A stretch of 64,000 nt of DNA from Pseudobdellovibrionaceae bacterium. Its GTDB lineage: Bacteria > Bdellovibrionota > Bdellovibrionia > Bdellovibrionales > UBA1609. Below the pieces are notes generated by a model, which was given only the letters and a program-made list of their open reading frames with translations, was not told the origin of the DNA and did no database searches. Of this stretch, positions 28,341 through 38,597 are shown piece after piece (position 1 is the stretch's first letter; each line of letters begins with the position of its first letter). Where the stretch lies: contig CP060220.1 in the NCBI GenBank assembly GCA_023898385.1, forward strand, positions 10,370-74,369, read 5' to 3'. The translations under genes and the position numbers were made by a program.

Positions 28341-28853
28341 ATGAAAACTTTTGCCCGTGAGGATCTCATTAATTTCTTGCGAGTCTTAGATGTGACGTTG
28401 GCGAGTCCATTTGAAATGATTCTCATTGGTGGGACAGCTGCGGCGCTAGCTTATAACGTCAGTCGAGCCACGAGAGATATTGATGTCATAAGCCACATTG
28501 ATGGGGCCCTCGATTCGTATAAAATCGCTCAAGAAAAAACGGGTTTGAAAATTCCCATTGAAGTCGTGACCGTTCATGATGCTCCTTTCGAATATGAAGG
28601 CCGTCTGATGCTGATAAAGGAATTTAAATTTCAAAACTTAGTCCTTAAGGTCCCCGAAATCCATGATCTGATCCTAATGAAAACTGTCAGAGGGTATGAG
28701 CATGATTTTGAAGTAATTGAAGAGATGATTGCGCTCAACAAAGTATCAAAGGATATTCTCAAAGAGCGAATCAAAAATGAGATGAGTCATGTGATTGGCA
28801 ATCCAAAGGTGCTCAAAGTGAAATATGAAGCATTGTTGGAGTTGTTTGGCTAA
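28341..28853 (+). CDS. DUF6036-like nucleotidyltransferase, putative toxin
   Basis: Pol-beta-like NTase motif ILIGGTAAAL...RATRDID; LILMK. Confidence 0.75.
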   Translation: MKTFAREDLINFLRVLDVTLASPFEMILIGGTAAALAYNVSRATRDIDVISHIDGALDSYKIAQEKTGLKIPIEVVTVHDAPFEYEGRLMLIKEFKFQNLVLKVPEIHDLILMKTVRGYEHDFEVIEEMIALNKVSKDILKERIKNEMSHVIGNPKVLKVKYEALLELFG

Positions 28854-28920
28854 GCTAACTCGTGTAGCATTCCTCCAGGGGGAAGTCGGGATCCCTACTA
28901 GCTATCGAATGAAGGGAAAT

Positions 28921-31143
28921 ATGAGGCGGTTGATTCTTTGGGTAGTGGTTGGATTTTTTGTTCTTCTGATCACTGGCATTGTTGGTCTGGCTCTTTACAT
29001 TAGTAGTGAGGCGGGGTCTGAGAGACTGTTTGCCGAGTTGGTCTCTGTTGTTCAGCAAAAAACGGGTGTTCATATTAAGTCTCAGCGGCCGCGGCTGAGT
29101 TTGTTTGGTGGGATTGAAGTGAACAACTTCGCCGTCACCCACGAGGTTTCGGGGCAAATGAAGTTGGAGGCTTTTGCTGAGCGCCTTTATTTGCGTATTC
29201 AGCCCCTTTCGGTGTTTCGATCTTCGGTGGTTGTGGAATCTCTGGAAGCCGATGCTCTCACTTTAGATGTTTCGCTCTTTTCCTCAGAAAAAACGGCTGC
29301 TGATGAAGCGCCTGGCGGTGAGCCATTTCCCTTGGCCGTTGTCCTCAAAAATTTAGATTTAAATCGTATGAATATTACGGCAACACTCAATGTGGATGAT
29401 CCGCAATCTCATTGGGAGATCAAGAATGCCAAGGTCAATGGATCTCTTACTTTTTTAGGTCAAAGACCAGTCACCCAAGGCTGGTCGGGAACACTCTTGT
29501 TTGCTGCCGACGGCATTGCATCGTCATTGATTCAATTTCGGCCTCGACAAGTAAATCTAGAAATCATCTCTGTGGAAGACACACATCGGGTTTCTTTTGA
29601 TGTGGCTTTAAACGATGTTCATTCCTTTGGGTATGGGCTCAATGATGTTTCGGCTTCGGGGCAGGTCCTTCTCGATGAAACTTGGCCAGCTGAGGCCAAG
29701 GTGGCGGCCAGGTCTGTTCGCGGACCTCATTTGGTGGGCGAAATTGATTTTTCAACCGATATGAAAATGACTTGGGCACCCTTGGCTAAAAAACTAGATG
29801 CTCAGGGAAGCCTTTTTGTTGATGGTCACACCGCCATTGAAAATCTCAACCTTAAGGCTGATTTAAGTACAAAAACTTTTAATGCCAGTGCCTCGATGAG
29901 TGTTTATCTCAAGGATGACTGGGTTCGGCGATTTCAGCCCACACACGATTTACCCCTCTCTGTGGATAAGGTTTTGCCTACGCCGGTGGAACTACAGTTA
30001 AGTGTGCAGCAGAATGCAGTGACATCAACTTTGGGTGTTGTCGGAGGGGCTCAGTTTTCAAAAGTGGTGGTCCCGCAAAAGGGCTTGGTCACCGATGTGA
30101 AGTGGTCATTTCAAGGAGATGCGGAGTTTTCAAAGGATGGTTCGCCAAAGCTTTTCAACTTTGATTCCACCGTGGCTCACAAAGAAACGGCATTAATTGC
30201 AAAAGGTCTTGTTGTTTGGGAGCGTGGGGATCTGCAGGGGCAAGGTGACCTCACCTTAGCTTTCCCCGAGTTTTATGAAGTGATGGATGGCCACAAAATC
30301 AAAGGTGGAGTTCATATCCCGTGGACGGTTCGGCTCGAATCGAAACACGAATTATTTTTAGAAACGCAAGTGGTTTTAGGTGGTTTGCAGTTGCAAAGTA
30401 AAGACTACGGCATCGATGGACTGAATGGCGTGGTTCGAGTGAGCGAACATTTAAAAATAAAACCATCAGGCGTGGAGCTGGCCTCCACGGTGGTGCCGAA
30501 CCCCTTTTCTCGAGTGGAGTATGGGCGTGTTGAGCCGCTTATTGAAAATGTTGTGCCCATTGTGATTGATCGAGTGCGTTGGCAGAAGCATGAGTTTGGC
30601 CCATTTATTGGCTACTTTTCTTTAGTGCAGAACTTGTTTGCTATACACGAGTTTGACCTCGAAGTGGGTGATGGAGAATTGGTGGGCGAGTTTTACTTTG
30701 ATGGCAGGTCCAACCAGCAGCAGATTGGCCTTTTAACAAGAGCCATTGAAATTGATTTGAACCGTCTATTTCCTCGCTTTGCCACCGCAAAAAATCAAAA
30801 CGACAATCAAATTAGTGGACGTGCGGGATTGGTCGTCGATATTGCCCAAAAAAACTTAGAGGGTCGAGCTGACATCACTCAAATTGGCGCCCCCCCTTTA
30901 GTCACAATGATGAACGTGTTAGACCCCGAGTTTGAGGATGAACAATTTAATAAAGCCAGATACGCTTTGTCTTTAGCGTATCCAAGTTTAGTCATGACGG
31001 ATTTTCGCCAAGGCTATATGAATATGGATGTTCAACTGTCAGGGGCCCTTAACCACCGTTTTAAATTTAGAGGCATTCCCATGGGAACATTGTTTTCGCA
31101 GATAGCCTTTGGTGACAAAAACAATAAAAAGGAGACGCCATGA
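28921..31143 (+). CDS. AsmA/YdbH-like inner-membrane-anchored beta-rich protein
   Basis: Single N-terminal TM followed by a long beta-strand-rich region; RBS before ATG 28921. Family assignment is by pattern only. Confidence 0.55.
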   Translation: MRRLILWVVVGFFVLLITGIVGLALYISSEAGSERLFAELVSVVQQKTGVHIKSQRPRLSLFGGIEVNNFAVTHEVSGQMKLEAFAERLYLRIQPLSVFRSSVVVESLEADALTLDVSLFSSEKTAADEAPGGEPFPLAVVLKNLDLNRMNITATLNVDDPQSHWEIKNAKVNGSLTFLGQRPVTQGWSGTLLFAADGIASSLIQFRPRQVNLEIISVEDTHRVSFDVALNDVHSFGYGLNDVSASGQVLLDETWPAEAKVAARSVRGPHLVGEIDFSTDMKMTWAPLAKKLDAQGSLFVDGHTAIENLNLKADLSTKTFNASASMSVYLKDDWVRRFQPTHDLPLSVDKVLPTPVELQLSVQQNAVTSTLGVVGGAQFSKVVVPQKGLVTDVKWSFQGDAEFSKDGSPKLFNFDSTVAHKETALIAKGLVVWERGDLQGQGDLTLAFPEFYEVMDGHKIKGGVHIPWTVRLESKHELFLETQVVLGGLQLQSKDYGIDGLNGVVRVSEHLKIKPSGVELASTVVPNPFSRVEYGRVEPLIENVVPIVIDRVRWQKHEFGPFIGYFSLVQNLFAIHEFDLEVGDGELVGEFYFDGRSNQQQIGLLTRAIEIDLNRLFPRFATAKNQNDNQISGRAGLVVDIAQKNLEGRADITQIGAPPLVTMMNVLDPEFEDEQFNKARYALSLAYPSLVMTDFRQGYMNMDVQLSGALNHRFKFRGIPMGTLFSQIAFGDKNNKKETP

Positions 31144-31406
31144 GGTGTTTGAAGACTTCAATATCTATAGCAATAATCATTGGCATGACTGTGCTGTCAG
31201 CATGTGCCCCTAAAATCTATGTGATGGATCGCCCCACTGTGATGGAGGAAGAAGCGTCAGGATCCTGGCCTAATTTCACCAAAGACCTAAAGAAAAACGC
31301 GTTGAGCAAGGGGCCCACGTTTTTTCCAAAAGAAAAAGAGAACAACAAAAAAGCCCGCGTTTATAACATACTCAATGGCGACCTTACCTCAAAAAATCAG
31401 GAGTAA
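31140..31406 (+). CDS. Small lipoprotein (YnbE/DUF1318-like)
   Basis: Lipobox LSAC; overlaps the upstream stop. Confidence 0.6.
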   Translation: MRCLKTSISIAIIIGMTVLSACAPKIYVMDRPTVMEEEASGSWPNFTKDLKKNALSKGPTFFPKEKENNKKARVYNILNGDLTSKNQE

Positions 31407-31412
31407 TAGCCA

Positions 31413-34400
31413 ATGTTTCGATTTCAAAAACAGCTTGGATTGTTTCTCGTCTTTGTTTTGGCAACTGTAGCCCTAAATTGTTCAGCTTCTGCTGAAACAG
31501 AAGCCGAGCGCCACACTCGCTTGTTGCTTCGTCTTTTGCCCCTCAATAAGATCACTGTGGGCCCCTATGACAACTACCAAGGCTCGTTTGTGAAAGGTGG
31601 CCAACAGCTCCTTTTTTCTCGAAAGGTCGATCTGGCACCGCGAATATACAAATTGGATTTAAACACAGGTAAAGAGACGCCTCTTCTTGATTTAGCTTTT
31701 GACTCTAAAGATCCTCACGTCAGTAGCACGGGCGACAAGATTGTTTTTGTGTATTTTAAAAATCGAGCGAGGGGTCAGGTCTGCGTCAAGTCGATTGATT
31801 CCGCAGATGCTGAATCTTGTTTAGATCACAGCACCAAAGAGCCCGCATTCCCTGTATGGGTGGGTGAACATCAGGTGGCCTTTATTCTTCGTGATCTGGC
31901 AAAGCGAAAAAGCGAAGTGGTGCTCTGGGATTTAAAGGCGCAAAATTCAAGGGTGGTGGCCCAGGGCCATATTTCATCTTTGACCTGGTCTGAATCTCAA
32001 CAAAAAATCCTTTACACATCGGATGAAGGGATAGTGGTTTCTGATGTTTCGGGTGTGTCAAAATATGATCTCAAGTTGGATTTGCCAGGAATGCCCGGTT
32101 TTCTCTCTGCGGGCGAGGACGGATATGTTTACTTCAGTCACTACCTCAGTGACACCAATAACGATCAAATTGTTGACGCCAACGACAATGCCGTCGTATT
32201 CAGACTGCCTTTGGTTGAGGCCAAAGGTGGATCTCGGTTGGTGTTTCCGGAGCCATTGACATCAGTCGAGTACAACTGCAGTTTTCCGCAAGCGGCACGG
32301 CAGTCTTTGCTGGTGACCTGTGCGTTTGAGGGAACTCTCGATATCTATGAACTTCCCCATGCGGGAATGGTGCCATCAAGTTGGGACCACCAAATTCTTG
32401 AGAATGCCAGAAAGACTAGTCGCACCTATGCCGAACGGCTATTTTTAACTCAATCGTTAATATTTCGAAATGGGACTTTTTCTGCAGAGAAGAGTCTTCA
32501 GCAGTTGATGAGCAATCACTTGCTTGCAGAGGATGGATCGGCCACGCGATATTATCTAAAACGATTGATCGAGTTATATCCAAAGACTTCGTCTCTTTAC
32601 GCTCTTCTTGATGTCTATGTTCAAGGGCTGCAGTTTAAAAAGAAAGAAACTGTGGACCCACTTTCTCGGGCCTTCTCGCGAGAAGTGAGCCAATTCTTAA
32701 CAAAACTGGGTGCAATAAAAGGGGTGAATAAACAGAAAAAATTAGTGCATGCCGTATTTGACCTATGGAGCGGCAATGGGACGCGGGCCGCAGCCGTGTT
32801 GAAAGATCAAGAGACTTTAAAAGTCTCTAGCACTATTGACGGGTACTTGTTGTTTCAACTTATTGAAACTTACTCTGGCCGCCGTGGTGCGGTCGCACGA
32901 GGGGTCGACTCAGGATATTTAGCGCTCATCACCACATCAGATTTACCAGAAGAGAGCCAGCTCTTCTATGCCCACCGACTTTTGACGTACATCCAAAAAA
33001 GTGAGCCTGATCTTAAAAAACGAAAGACCTTAGTGGCGCGCTTTCAAAAAAAGTGTGAGCCTGGATCCTCGGTCGAGACTCTGATGCAGGCCGAAGTGGT
33101 TTCGTTAAATATTGTTTTGACTTTGGGCTTACAAGATAAGCGAAAAGTGTACAACGACCTAGACAAGTTGATGAGCCAAACCCGGGACAACTATTACTTA
33201 CGAAAAGCTTTATATGTAAGAGCTATAGCCACATTGGTTGAAGCGGACGAGTATGATATTGCCGGTTACGTCGCCACCAATTGGTTGAAGTACACAAAGC
33301 CAGTGGATACAGAATTTAGCTACGCAAAGACCCAATACATCTATTCAGTTTTTGACGAAGCCTATTCAAGCTATGGAAGTCAGAATTATCTTTTGGCCTC
33401 CAATCACTTCTTGGCAGGGCTTCGCCTAACCGATGACTTAGAGGCTCATTTCGGGTATATTCAATCGCTTTTGAAGCTAAAAAAACGACAAGAAATTGAC
33501 AAACAATATGATAATTTAAAAAAGCGGTCGTTCATCGGCGACAACATAACTTATGTAGAAACGCTCTTAGAGCTACTTGATGGTGAGGAGCGGGGCACTT
33601 TAGAATCCAAGGAAGTCAGGCGGGCCGTTGATAGGCTCAATGGTTTAACTGTTGAAAACTTCTCGCCCGTATTACACCTGACCATCGGCGCCCTTTATGT
33701 TTGGCTTTTAGACAGCGAAAGTAAAGGCCTAGATTTCTCGCAAGAAGATCTGGACAAGGCTCATAAGCATTTGATGTTGGCCTTTGATTTGGGAAGAAAC
33801 AATCAACGACTTCGAGCTTCGGCTTTGATAGACCTCGGTTTATTGCATCAGAGGGTGCGAAATTATTCTTTGTCGGCCCGATTTTTTGCAGATCGAAAAA
33901 AATTTGGATTTACAAGTGACGAGGAGAGGCTTGCGTTTTCATGGCTATACAGTCGGACCCTTTATTTATCGAACAATGCCAGTGGAGCCGCTGCAGAGCT
34001 TGCGGAATTGTTGTCTACCCAGCCAAAGGCGGAGGGCGATGGTTATTTGTTTGAGCGTCTGGCTTTTTATCAACAAGCCAGCGAACAATGCAAACAGTCC
34101 ATTGCCAACTATGACAAGGCTTTTGCAAAACTCTTAAAGTTAGCCGATGATCAACACGAAATGAAGATGCACCTAGGGCGTGGAGTTTGTTATTTTCGTG
34201 AAGAAAAGAAAAAGCCTGCAAAAGAAGATTTCTTAAAGGTAGTTGAGATCTCAAAAACATTGGTGAGTGAGAAGCCCACAGGCGATCGACCCTTGCCATT
34301 TAGGCCAGAGCGCCAACAGTTGTTGGCTTTAGGATATTTGGCCCAATTGAGTCAGGGCGCTGAAAGTGCAGGTTACCTGGAAGAGCGAGCTCAGTTGTTG

Positions 34401-34910
34401 GACTTAGTGGGTGATCAAATCAACTCATTTGCTATGAAAGAAGAATCCCTTTTGGGTTTCAAAGTAAAAAACAACCTTCAGCTTGCTGAAAAAAGGCTCG
34501 AAAGCGGGCGCAACGAAGGTGCCAACAGGTATTTGGTTTTGGCCCTGCGCGATTCTTGGCGTCTTGTTGGGGATTTAGAGCAGCCGCTCAGTGTGGTGGC
34601 ATTGAATGCTGTTGAAGCCTATTTGTTGCTTGCTGCTACGAAAAATTATGAAAGGTCGGGCGACGGTCACAAGTTGGCAGGCCAATTAACGTCGACGATT
34701 CAGGAGGCGTTAGTGAAGGTGCAAAAAACTCAACAGCAGCCCATTTGGGCCTTTAGGCAAACGAAGCTGGCTTTGTTGTGGGCAAAATACGAAGGGCGCA
34801 ATTTAGACCAAGAGCTGACATTGCCGCAGGCGGTGTTTTTAAAGCAACAAAGCCCTGAACGTTGGCAACAGCTCAAAGAATTATCTCAGTTGTTAGCGGC
34901 TCCACTTTGA
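31413..34910 (+). CDS. Large exported protein: TolB-like propeller plus TPR/helical region
   Basis: Signal peptide; PD40-like repeats (DPHVSSTGDKIVF, FPVWVGEHQVAF) followed by long helical repeats. Confidence 0.75.
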   Translation: MFRFQKQLGLFLVFVLATVALNCSASAETEAERHTRLLLRLLPLNKITVGPYDNYQGSFVKGGQQLLFSRKVDLAPRIYKLDLNTGKETPLLDLAFDSKDPHVSSTGDKIVFVYFKNRARGQVCVKSIDSADAESCLDHSTKEPAFPVWVGEHQVAFILRDLAKRKSEVVLWDLKAQNSRVVAQGHISSLTWSESQQKILYTSDEGIVVSDVSGVSKYDLKLDLPGMPGFLSAGEDGYVYFSHYLSDTNNDQIVDANDNAVVFRLPLVEAKGGSRLVFPEPLTSVEYNCSFPQAARQSLLVTCAFEGTLDIYELPHAGMVPSSWDHQILENARKTSRTYAERLFLTQSLIFRNGTFSAEKSLQQLMSNHLLAEDGSATRYYLKRLIELYPKTSSLYALLDVYVQGLQFKKKETVDPLSRAFSREVSQFLTKLGAIKGVNKQKKLVHAVFDLWSGNGTRAAAVLKDQETLKVSSTIDGYLLFQLIETYSGRRGAVARGVDSGYLALITTSDLPEESQLFYAHRLLTYIQKSEPDLKKRKTLVARFQKKCEPGSSVETLMQAEVVSLNIVLTLGLQDKRKVYNDLDKLMSQTRDNYYLRKALYVRAIATLVEADEYDIAGYVATNWLKYTKPVDTEFSYAKTQYIYSVFDEAYSSYGSQNYLLASNHFLAGLRLTDDLEAHFGYIQSLLKLKKRQEIDKQYDNLKKRSFIGDNITYVETLLELLDGEERGTLESKEVRRAVDRLNGLTVENFSPVLHLTIGALYVWLLDSESKGLDFSQEDLDKAHKHLMLAFDLGRNNQRLRASALIDLGLLHQRVRNYSLSARFFADRKKFGFTSDEERLAFSWLYSRTLYLSNNASGAAAELAELLSTQPKAEGDGYLFERLAFYQQASEQCKQSIANYDKAFAKLLKLADDQHEMKMHLGRGVCYFREEKKKPAKEDFLKVVEISKTLVSEKPTGDRPLPFRPERQQLLALGYLAQLSQGAESAGYLEERAQLLDLVGDQINSFAMKEESLLGFKVKNNLQLAEKRLESGRNEGANRYLVLALRDSWRLVGDLEQPLSVVALNAVEAYLLLAATKNYERSGDGHKLAGQLTSTIQEALVKVQKTQQQPIWAFRQTKLALLWAKYEGRNLDQELTLPQAVFLKQQSPERWQQLKELSQLLAAPL

Positions 34911-34977
34911 ATCCACTGTTCAAGCGCGGCTTGCTCACTGGTGCTGAGATTTACAACGCCATTGATGGGGGTGTTGA
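34830..34977 (+). repeat. Left 148-bp direct repeat bounding island 2
   Basis: Matches 39232-39379 with 3 mismatches. Confidence 0.93.
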
Positions 34978-35183
34978 AGCGAAATATACTCGCAGGAATT
35001 GCCAAAATCTAAATGGCCATGAACTGTTTCGGTCCGACTTTTCTGATTCTGGAGTTAACAATTTTGCTCTTGGTTTATGAAAGCACCTTTCGACTCTGCT
35101 GTTGGGAGCGTTCAGCTCGGGTCTTTTGGCCTGGCTTGATCTAAGAATTTGATATATTTGTTCAGAGAGGTTCACACTCAACT

Positions 35184-35211
35184 GTTAAGTCAACCGGTCG
35201 GTCTACTTAAC
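35184..35211. promoter_or_regulatory. Imperfect 28-bp palindrome resembling a TetR-family operator
   Basis: gttaagtcaaccggtcggtctacttaac is self-complementary at 22/28 positions. Confidence 0.4.
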
Positions 35212-35273
35212 TCCCCGTTATCGTTTGTGTTTTTTTTTTGGTTGCAAACAATTCTAATAACCTTTGCGCCATC

Positions 35274-36492
35274 TGTAGACTGCGGTTGATGGTGTCAGTG
35301 ACTTAGGCTGCCTTCATGGTTGTCTCACTTTGGGTATCGGCAGCCAATAATTTTTCTTTAGCCCCGGGTTTTAGCACTTGAGGGTACTGCAAGAGGTACT
35401 CGTTAGCAGACTTCCATCCGAGAGCTTTTCGGAGCCGCCAAGAGTTTTTCCATTGGCAATACTGTTCGAGGTATTCATTAAGCTGTTCGATGTTTTGCGG
35501 TCTTGCTCGATGGAACAACTCTTCATCGTCCATGCGGTGTGAACGCTCTACAAGCCCGTTAAGCTCTTTTTCTCCTGGAGGTATGAGTCTGTGCCTGATG
35601 CCGTGTTCATCGCATAGTTCATCCAAAATATGCGGCAAAGGATCGTCGATTCGTGAGACAAATTTATTCGTAAATTCCACGCCATTGTCTGTCTGAGTGC
35701 TGGTTATCCAAAAAGGCACTGCTCTTAGTAGTTCAATCATAAAGCGTTCAGTCTCCCAGTGACCATAACCTTCATAGGCCCTCTTAAACTCCCACCTCGA
35801 TGCGTGATCAACGAAGTTATAGACGTAACACTTCTTGCCGTTTTCAAGGAGCGTTGTTTGCCAATTAACATCGATCTGCGTGTGCACTCCTGGCAACTCT
35901 ACCTTCACAACGGTGGTGTGGCTAGACGCCGGCTTTGCACGCCTCTTAGAGCCCACAAGGCCCGCGTTCTTCAAAAACCGATGGATACGATACAGTGACA
36001 GCTCCACTCCAAGGTAACGTTTGAGGTGGGCTTGTATCACCTCAGCGCCCCAACCACAGAGTTTGCGCCATCGCCTGATGTGATAAGCCGTCCAGCCAGT
36101 GATGTCCTGTGCTTGTCGCCCTGGTGCCTTTCTTGGCGTTAGTTTTCTGTGTCCACCCTCGAGGTAACTCTTTCTCCAGCGATAAACAGTACGGCCAGAT
36201 TTACCGATTTCCAGACCCACAAGTTCATAGTCTAAGTCCGAAAGGTTGCCAGAATGTTCCCTTTTAGCTAGCTCTATCAACGCAAGTAGTCTCAAAGTGA
36301 GAATCTTATCTTTTTTTCGAAATTTCTTGGCTTCTCTTCGCAGTTTATCTAAATTAAGACGCATTGCTAACTCCTTGTTCTTCTTGGTGTTTCTTAATTT
36401 GAGACTTTAAATTTCACCAAGAAGACTTGGAGTTTTTCAAGTAAAATCAACGTTTCCCGCCATTTCACTGACAAAATCAACCGAAGCCTAAA
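35274..36492 (-). mobile_element. IS481-family insertion sequence (1219 bp)
   Basis: 28-bp imperfect IRs (tgtagactgcggttgatggtgtcagtga 35274-35301; tcactgacaaaatcaaccgaagcctaaa 36465-36492); direct repeat acctttgcgccatc at 35260-35273 and 36493-36506. Confidence 0.9.
35303..36364 (-). CDS. IS481-family DDE transposase
   Basis: N-terminal HTH (RTVYRWRKSY); D (TQIDV), D (QTDNGVEF), E (NGLVERSHR). Confidence 0.9.
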   Translation of the reverse strand: MRLNLDKLRREAKKFRKKDKILTLRLLALIELAKREHSGNLSDLDYELVGLEIGKSGRTVYRWRKSYLEGGHRKLTPRKAPGRQAQDITGWTAYHIRRWRKLCGWGAEVIQAHLKRYLGVELSLYRIHRFLKNAGLVGSKRRAKPASSHTTVVKVELPGVHTQIDVNWQTTLLENGKKCYVYNFVDHASRWEFKRAYEGYGHWETERFMIELLRAVPFWITSTQTDNGVEFTNKFVSRIDDPLPHILDELCDEHGIRHRLIPPGEKELNGLVERSHRMDDEELFHRARPQNIEQLNEYLEQYCQWKNSWRLRKALGWKSANEYLLQYPQVLKPGAKEKLLAADTQSETTMKAA

Positions 36493-36510
36493 ACCTTTGC
36501 GCCATCATCC

Positions 36511-36537
36511 TCAAGATTTTGCTAGACGATCCGATAG
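36511..36537 (+). promoter_or_regulatory. FliA/sigma28-like promoter
   Basis: TCAA-N15-TCCGATAG, 37 bp upstream of ATG 36574. Confidence 0.55.
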
Positions 36538-36573
36538 ATAGTGAAGGCTTTTTCCATTTTAGAGGACAATAGA

Positions 36574-38361
36574 ATGCGAGCAGCTACAACCACATTGATA
36601 CAGGCGACCTTGCGGGCATTGACCGGCCTGACAGCTCTCCCTCTGCTGTTTGGCTGTCAACTTGCTAACAACGAAATCAATGGCAGCATTAAGTCCCCGC
36701 CTCAGACCCCCGGAAGCCCAAGTCCAGTTGTTCCTCAATTAAGCTACTCCGGGGTACCTGATTACTTTGTTGCAGGTCAAAATATTGCATCTTTAACACC
36801 AACAACAAACGTTGTTAGCGGAGGGATCTATAGTGTTTCCCCGCCATTGCCTGCAGGCCTAGTATTAAATGAAGTCTCCGGTGCAATCTCAGGCGCTCCA
36901 ACGAATGCATTTTCGCCAACAACATTCTCTCTCACATTGACTCACGATGGACAAACAGTAACTGACTCTATCGAGTTGGAAGCAGGCCTTTTATTTTTAG
37001 TCAATACTGTCAACGATACCAGCGACATTAACCCAGGCGACGAAATTTGCGGTGATTTTTCTGGTGACTGTTCCGTCCGTGCAGCATTTGAGGAGGGGGC
37101 GGCGCTTTCTGATATTTTGGTTGTGGTCGATGTTCCCGCGGGCAACTACGACTTGCCATCCAATCCTCTCACCATTAGCTCTCGAGTGATAATGAATGGT
37201 GCCGGACCCAGCCAAACGATCTTCGACGCCAACCCTGATGCGTCTCCCATTGAACATGTCTTCATTATTGATGCCGTGGCGGAAGCCACCCTTAGAGGTT
37301 TTGCCGCGGTCAATGCCAATATAGTCAATGGCACTAACTTCTTAGGAATATTATATTTGGGATATGGAGGGGGCATCTATAGTCAAGCCGACACTCTGAA
37401 TTTAGAAAACTGCGATGTCTCTGGACATCGTGACACGCCAGGTACTCTAACGACAACCATGGGCTTAGGAATTTATTCTGCTGGATCATATCTTAACGTT
37501 GATAACTGCACAATTGACGACAATGTGTCGTCGTTGTCCGCAGGAGTCGGGTTCGCAAATGGAGGAGCAGGCATTGCTCATTTCGGAATCACCCACATCA
37601 GAAACTCTGTGATCTCGAACAACACCATGCTCAATGCCAACGACTCGACAGGGGGAGGTTTATGGTTAGATGCGGCAACAATTGAGGACTCCCAGATATT
37701 TGGTAATCGGGCAAGACTACATGGCGCTGGGATTAATGCCTCTAGTTTAACTTTGATTAATTCGCAAGTTTTTCTCAATGGCGGCAGTGGCATCGTGTTT
37801 GGGGCTGGCATACGATTAGGGAGTGGCGCCGTAAAAAATAGTGCTGTCTATGATAATTTTGGTGGCGATGCTGAAATTTACGGGGTCGATGGAACCATCG
37901 AGGTCAATAACTCCACCGTTTTTTCAAACAATACGCCCTTTGCCATAATTTCTGATGATGCCCATTTTCAAATACTTCACAGCACATTGGTTACCGATGT
38001 GAGCGTTGCACTAAACACCTCTGGGACAGGTTCTGGTACACATACACTGGGCCATTCCATTGTACATGCTATTTCAGGGGACAGTTGTGGCAATGCTTCA
38101 AGAGTCACGTCTACAGGTTATAACATTATTAACGATTTGACCTGCAACTTTTCTAGTGTTGGCGATGTGGAAAATATTGATCCTGAAGTGGGAGTCATTG
38201 CCAATAACGGCGGACCCACGTCCACCATGGCCATCAGTGCCACTAGCCCGGCTCGCAATGCCATTCCAGCTAGTAATTGCAACTTGTCGGTTGATCAAAG
38301 AGGCGAACCTCGTCCGATGGGAGGCGCATGCGACATTGGTGCGTTTGAATACGCTGAGTAG
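36574..38361 (+). CDS. Surface lipoprotein: putative Ig domain, CSLREA-type domain, beta-helix, choice-of-anchor-Q-like C-terminus
   Basis: Lipobox LFGC; PPLPAGLVLNEVSGAISGAP; VNTVNDTSD...GDCSVRAAFEE; DQRGEPRPMGGACDIGAFE. Confidence 0.8.
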   Translation: MRAATTTLIQATLRALTGLTALPLLFGCQLANNEINGSIKSPPQTPGSPSPVVPQLSYSGVPDYFVAGQNIASLTPTTNVVSGGIYSVSPPLPAGLVLNEVSGAISGAPTNAFSPTTFSLTLTHDGQTVTDSIELEAGLLFLVNTVNDTSDINPGDEICGDFSGDCSVRAAFEEGAALSDILVVVDVPAGNYDLPSNPLTISSRVIMNGAGPSQTIFDANPDASPIEHVFIIDAVAEATLRGFAAVNANIVNGTNFLGILYLGYGGGIYSQADTLNLENCDVSGHRDTPGTLTTTMGLGIYSAGSYLNVDNCTIDDNVSSLSAGVGFANGGAGIAHFGITHIRNSVISNNTMLNANDSTGGGLWLDAATIEDSQIFGNRARLHGAGINASSLTLINSQVFLNGGSGIVFGAGIRLGSGAVKNSAVYDNFGGDAEIYGVDGTIEVNNSTVFSNNTPFAIISDDAHFQILHSTLVTDVSVALNTSGTGSGTHTLGHSIVHAISGDSCGNASRVTSTGYNIINDLTCNFSSVGDVENIDPEVGVIANNGGPTSTMAISATSPARNAIPASNCNLSVDQRGEPRPMGGACDIGAFEYAE

Positions 38362-38562
38362 ATCCACGACTGACTTTTTAAACAGCTTGGCACCGCACTG
38401 TCGCCGCAAAAGGAAACCAGGTGCCGTGGTGCCCCCTGGCGGGCGATCTTCGTTCCGCTATTATGGGTTATTTTAAAAAGCCAAGTAGTTTAAATTATTT
38501 TAATATTTCTATTTACTGGAGGACATCTTTTGGCGTTTCCGAGCCTGTTCTCTAGCTCGAAG

Positions 38563-38591
38563 TTGACATATATGTGCAATGTATGTATAAT
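38563..38591 (+). promoter_or_regulatory. Consensus sigma70 promoter for a probably leaderless TA transcript
   Basis: TTGACA-N17-TATAAT, with ATG 7 nt after the -10 box; palindrome ACATATATGT (38566-38575) overlaps the -35. Confidence 0.85.
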
Positions 38592-38597
38592 GTAATA

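Noticed and set aside
34951-35181. 76-aa ORF with a GntR-like start (LSEQIYQILR)
   Set aside because: Similarity stops after ~10 residues and the ORF runs into the direct repeat; treated as a relic.
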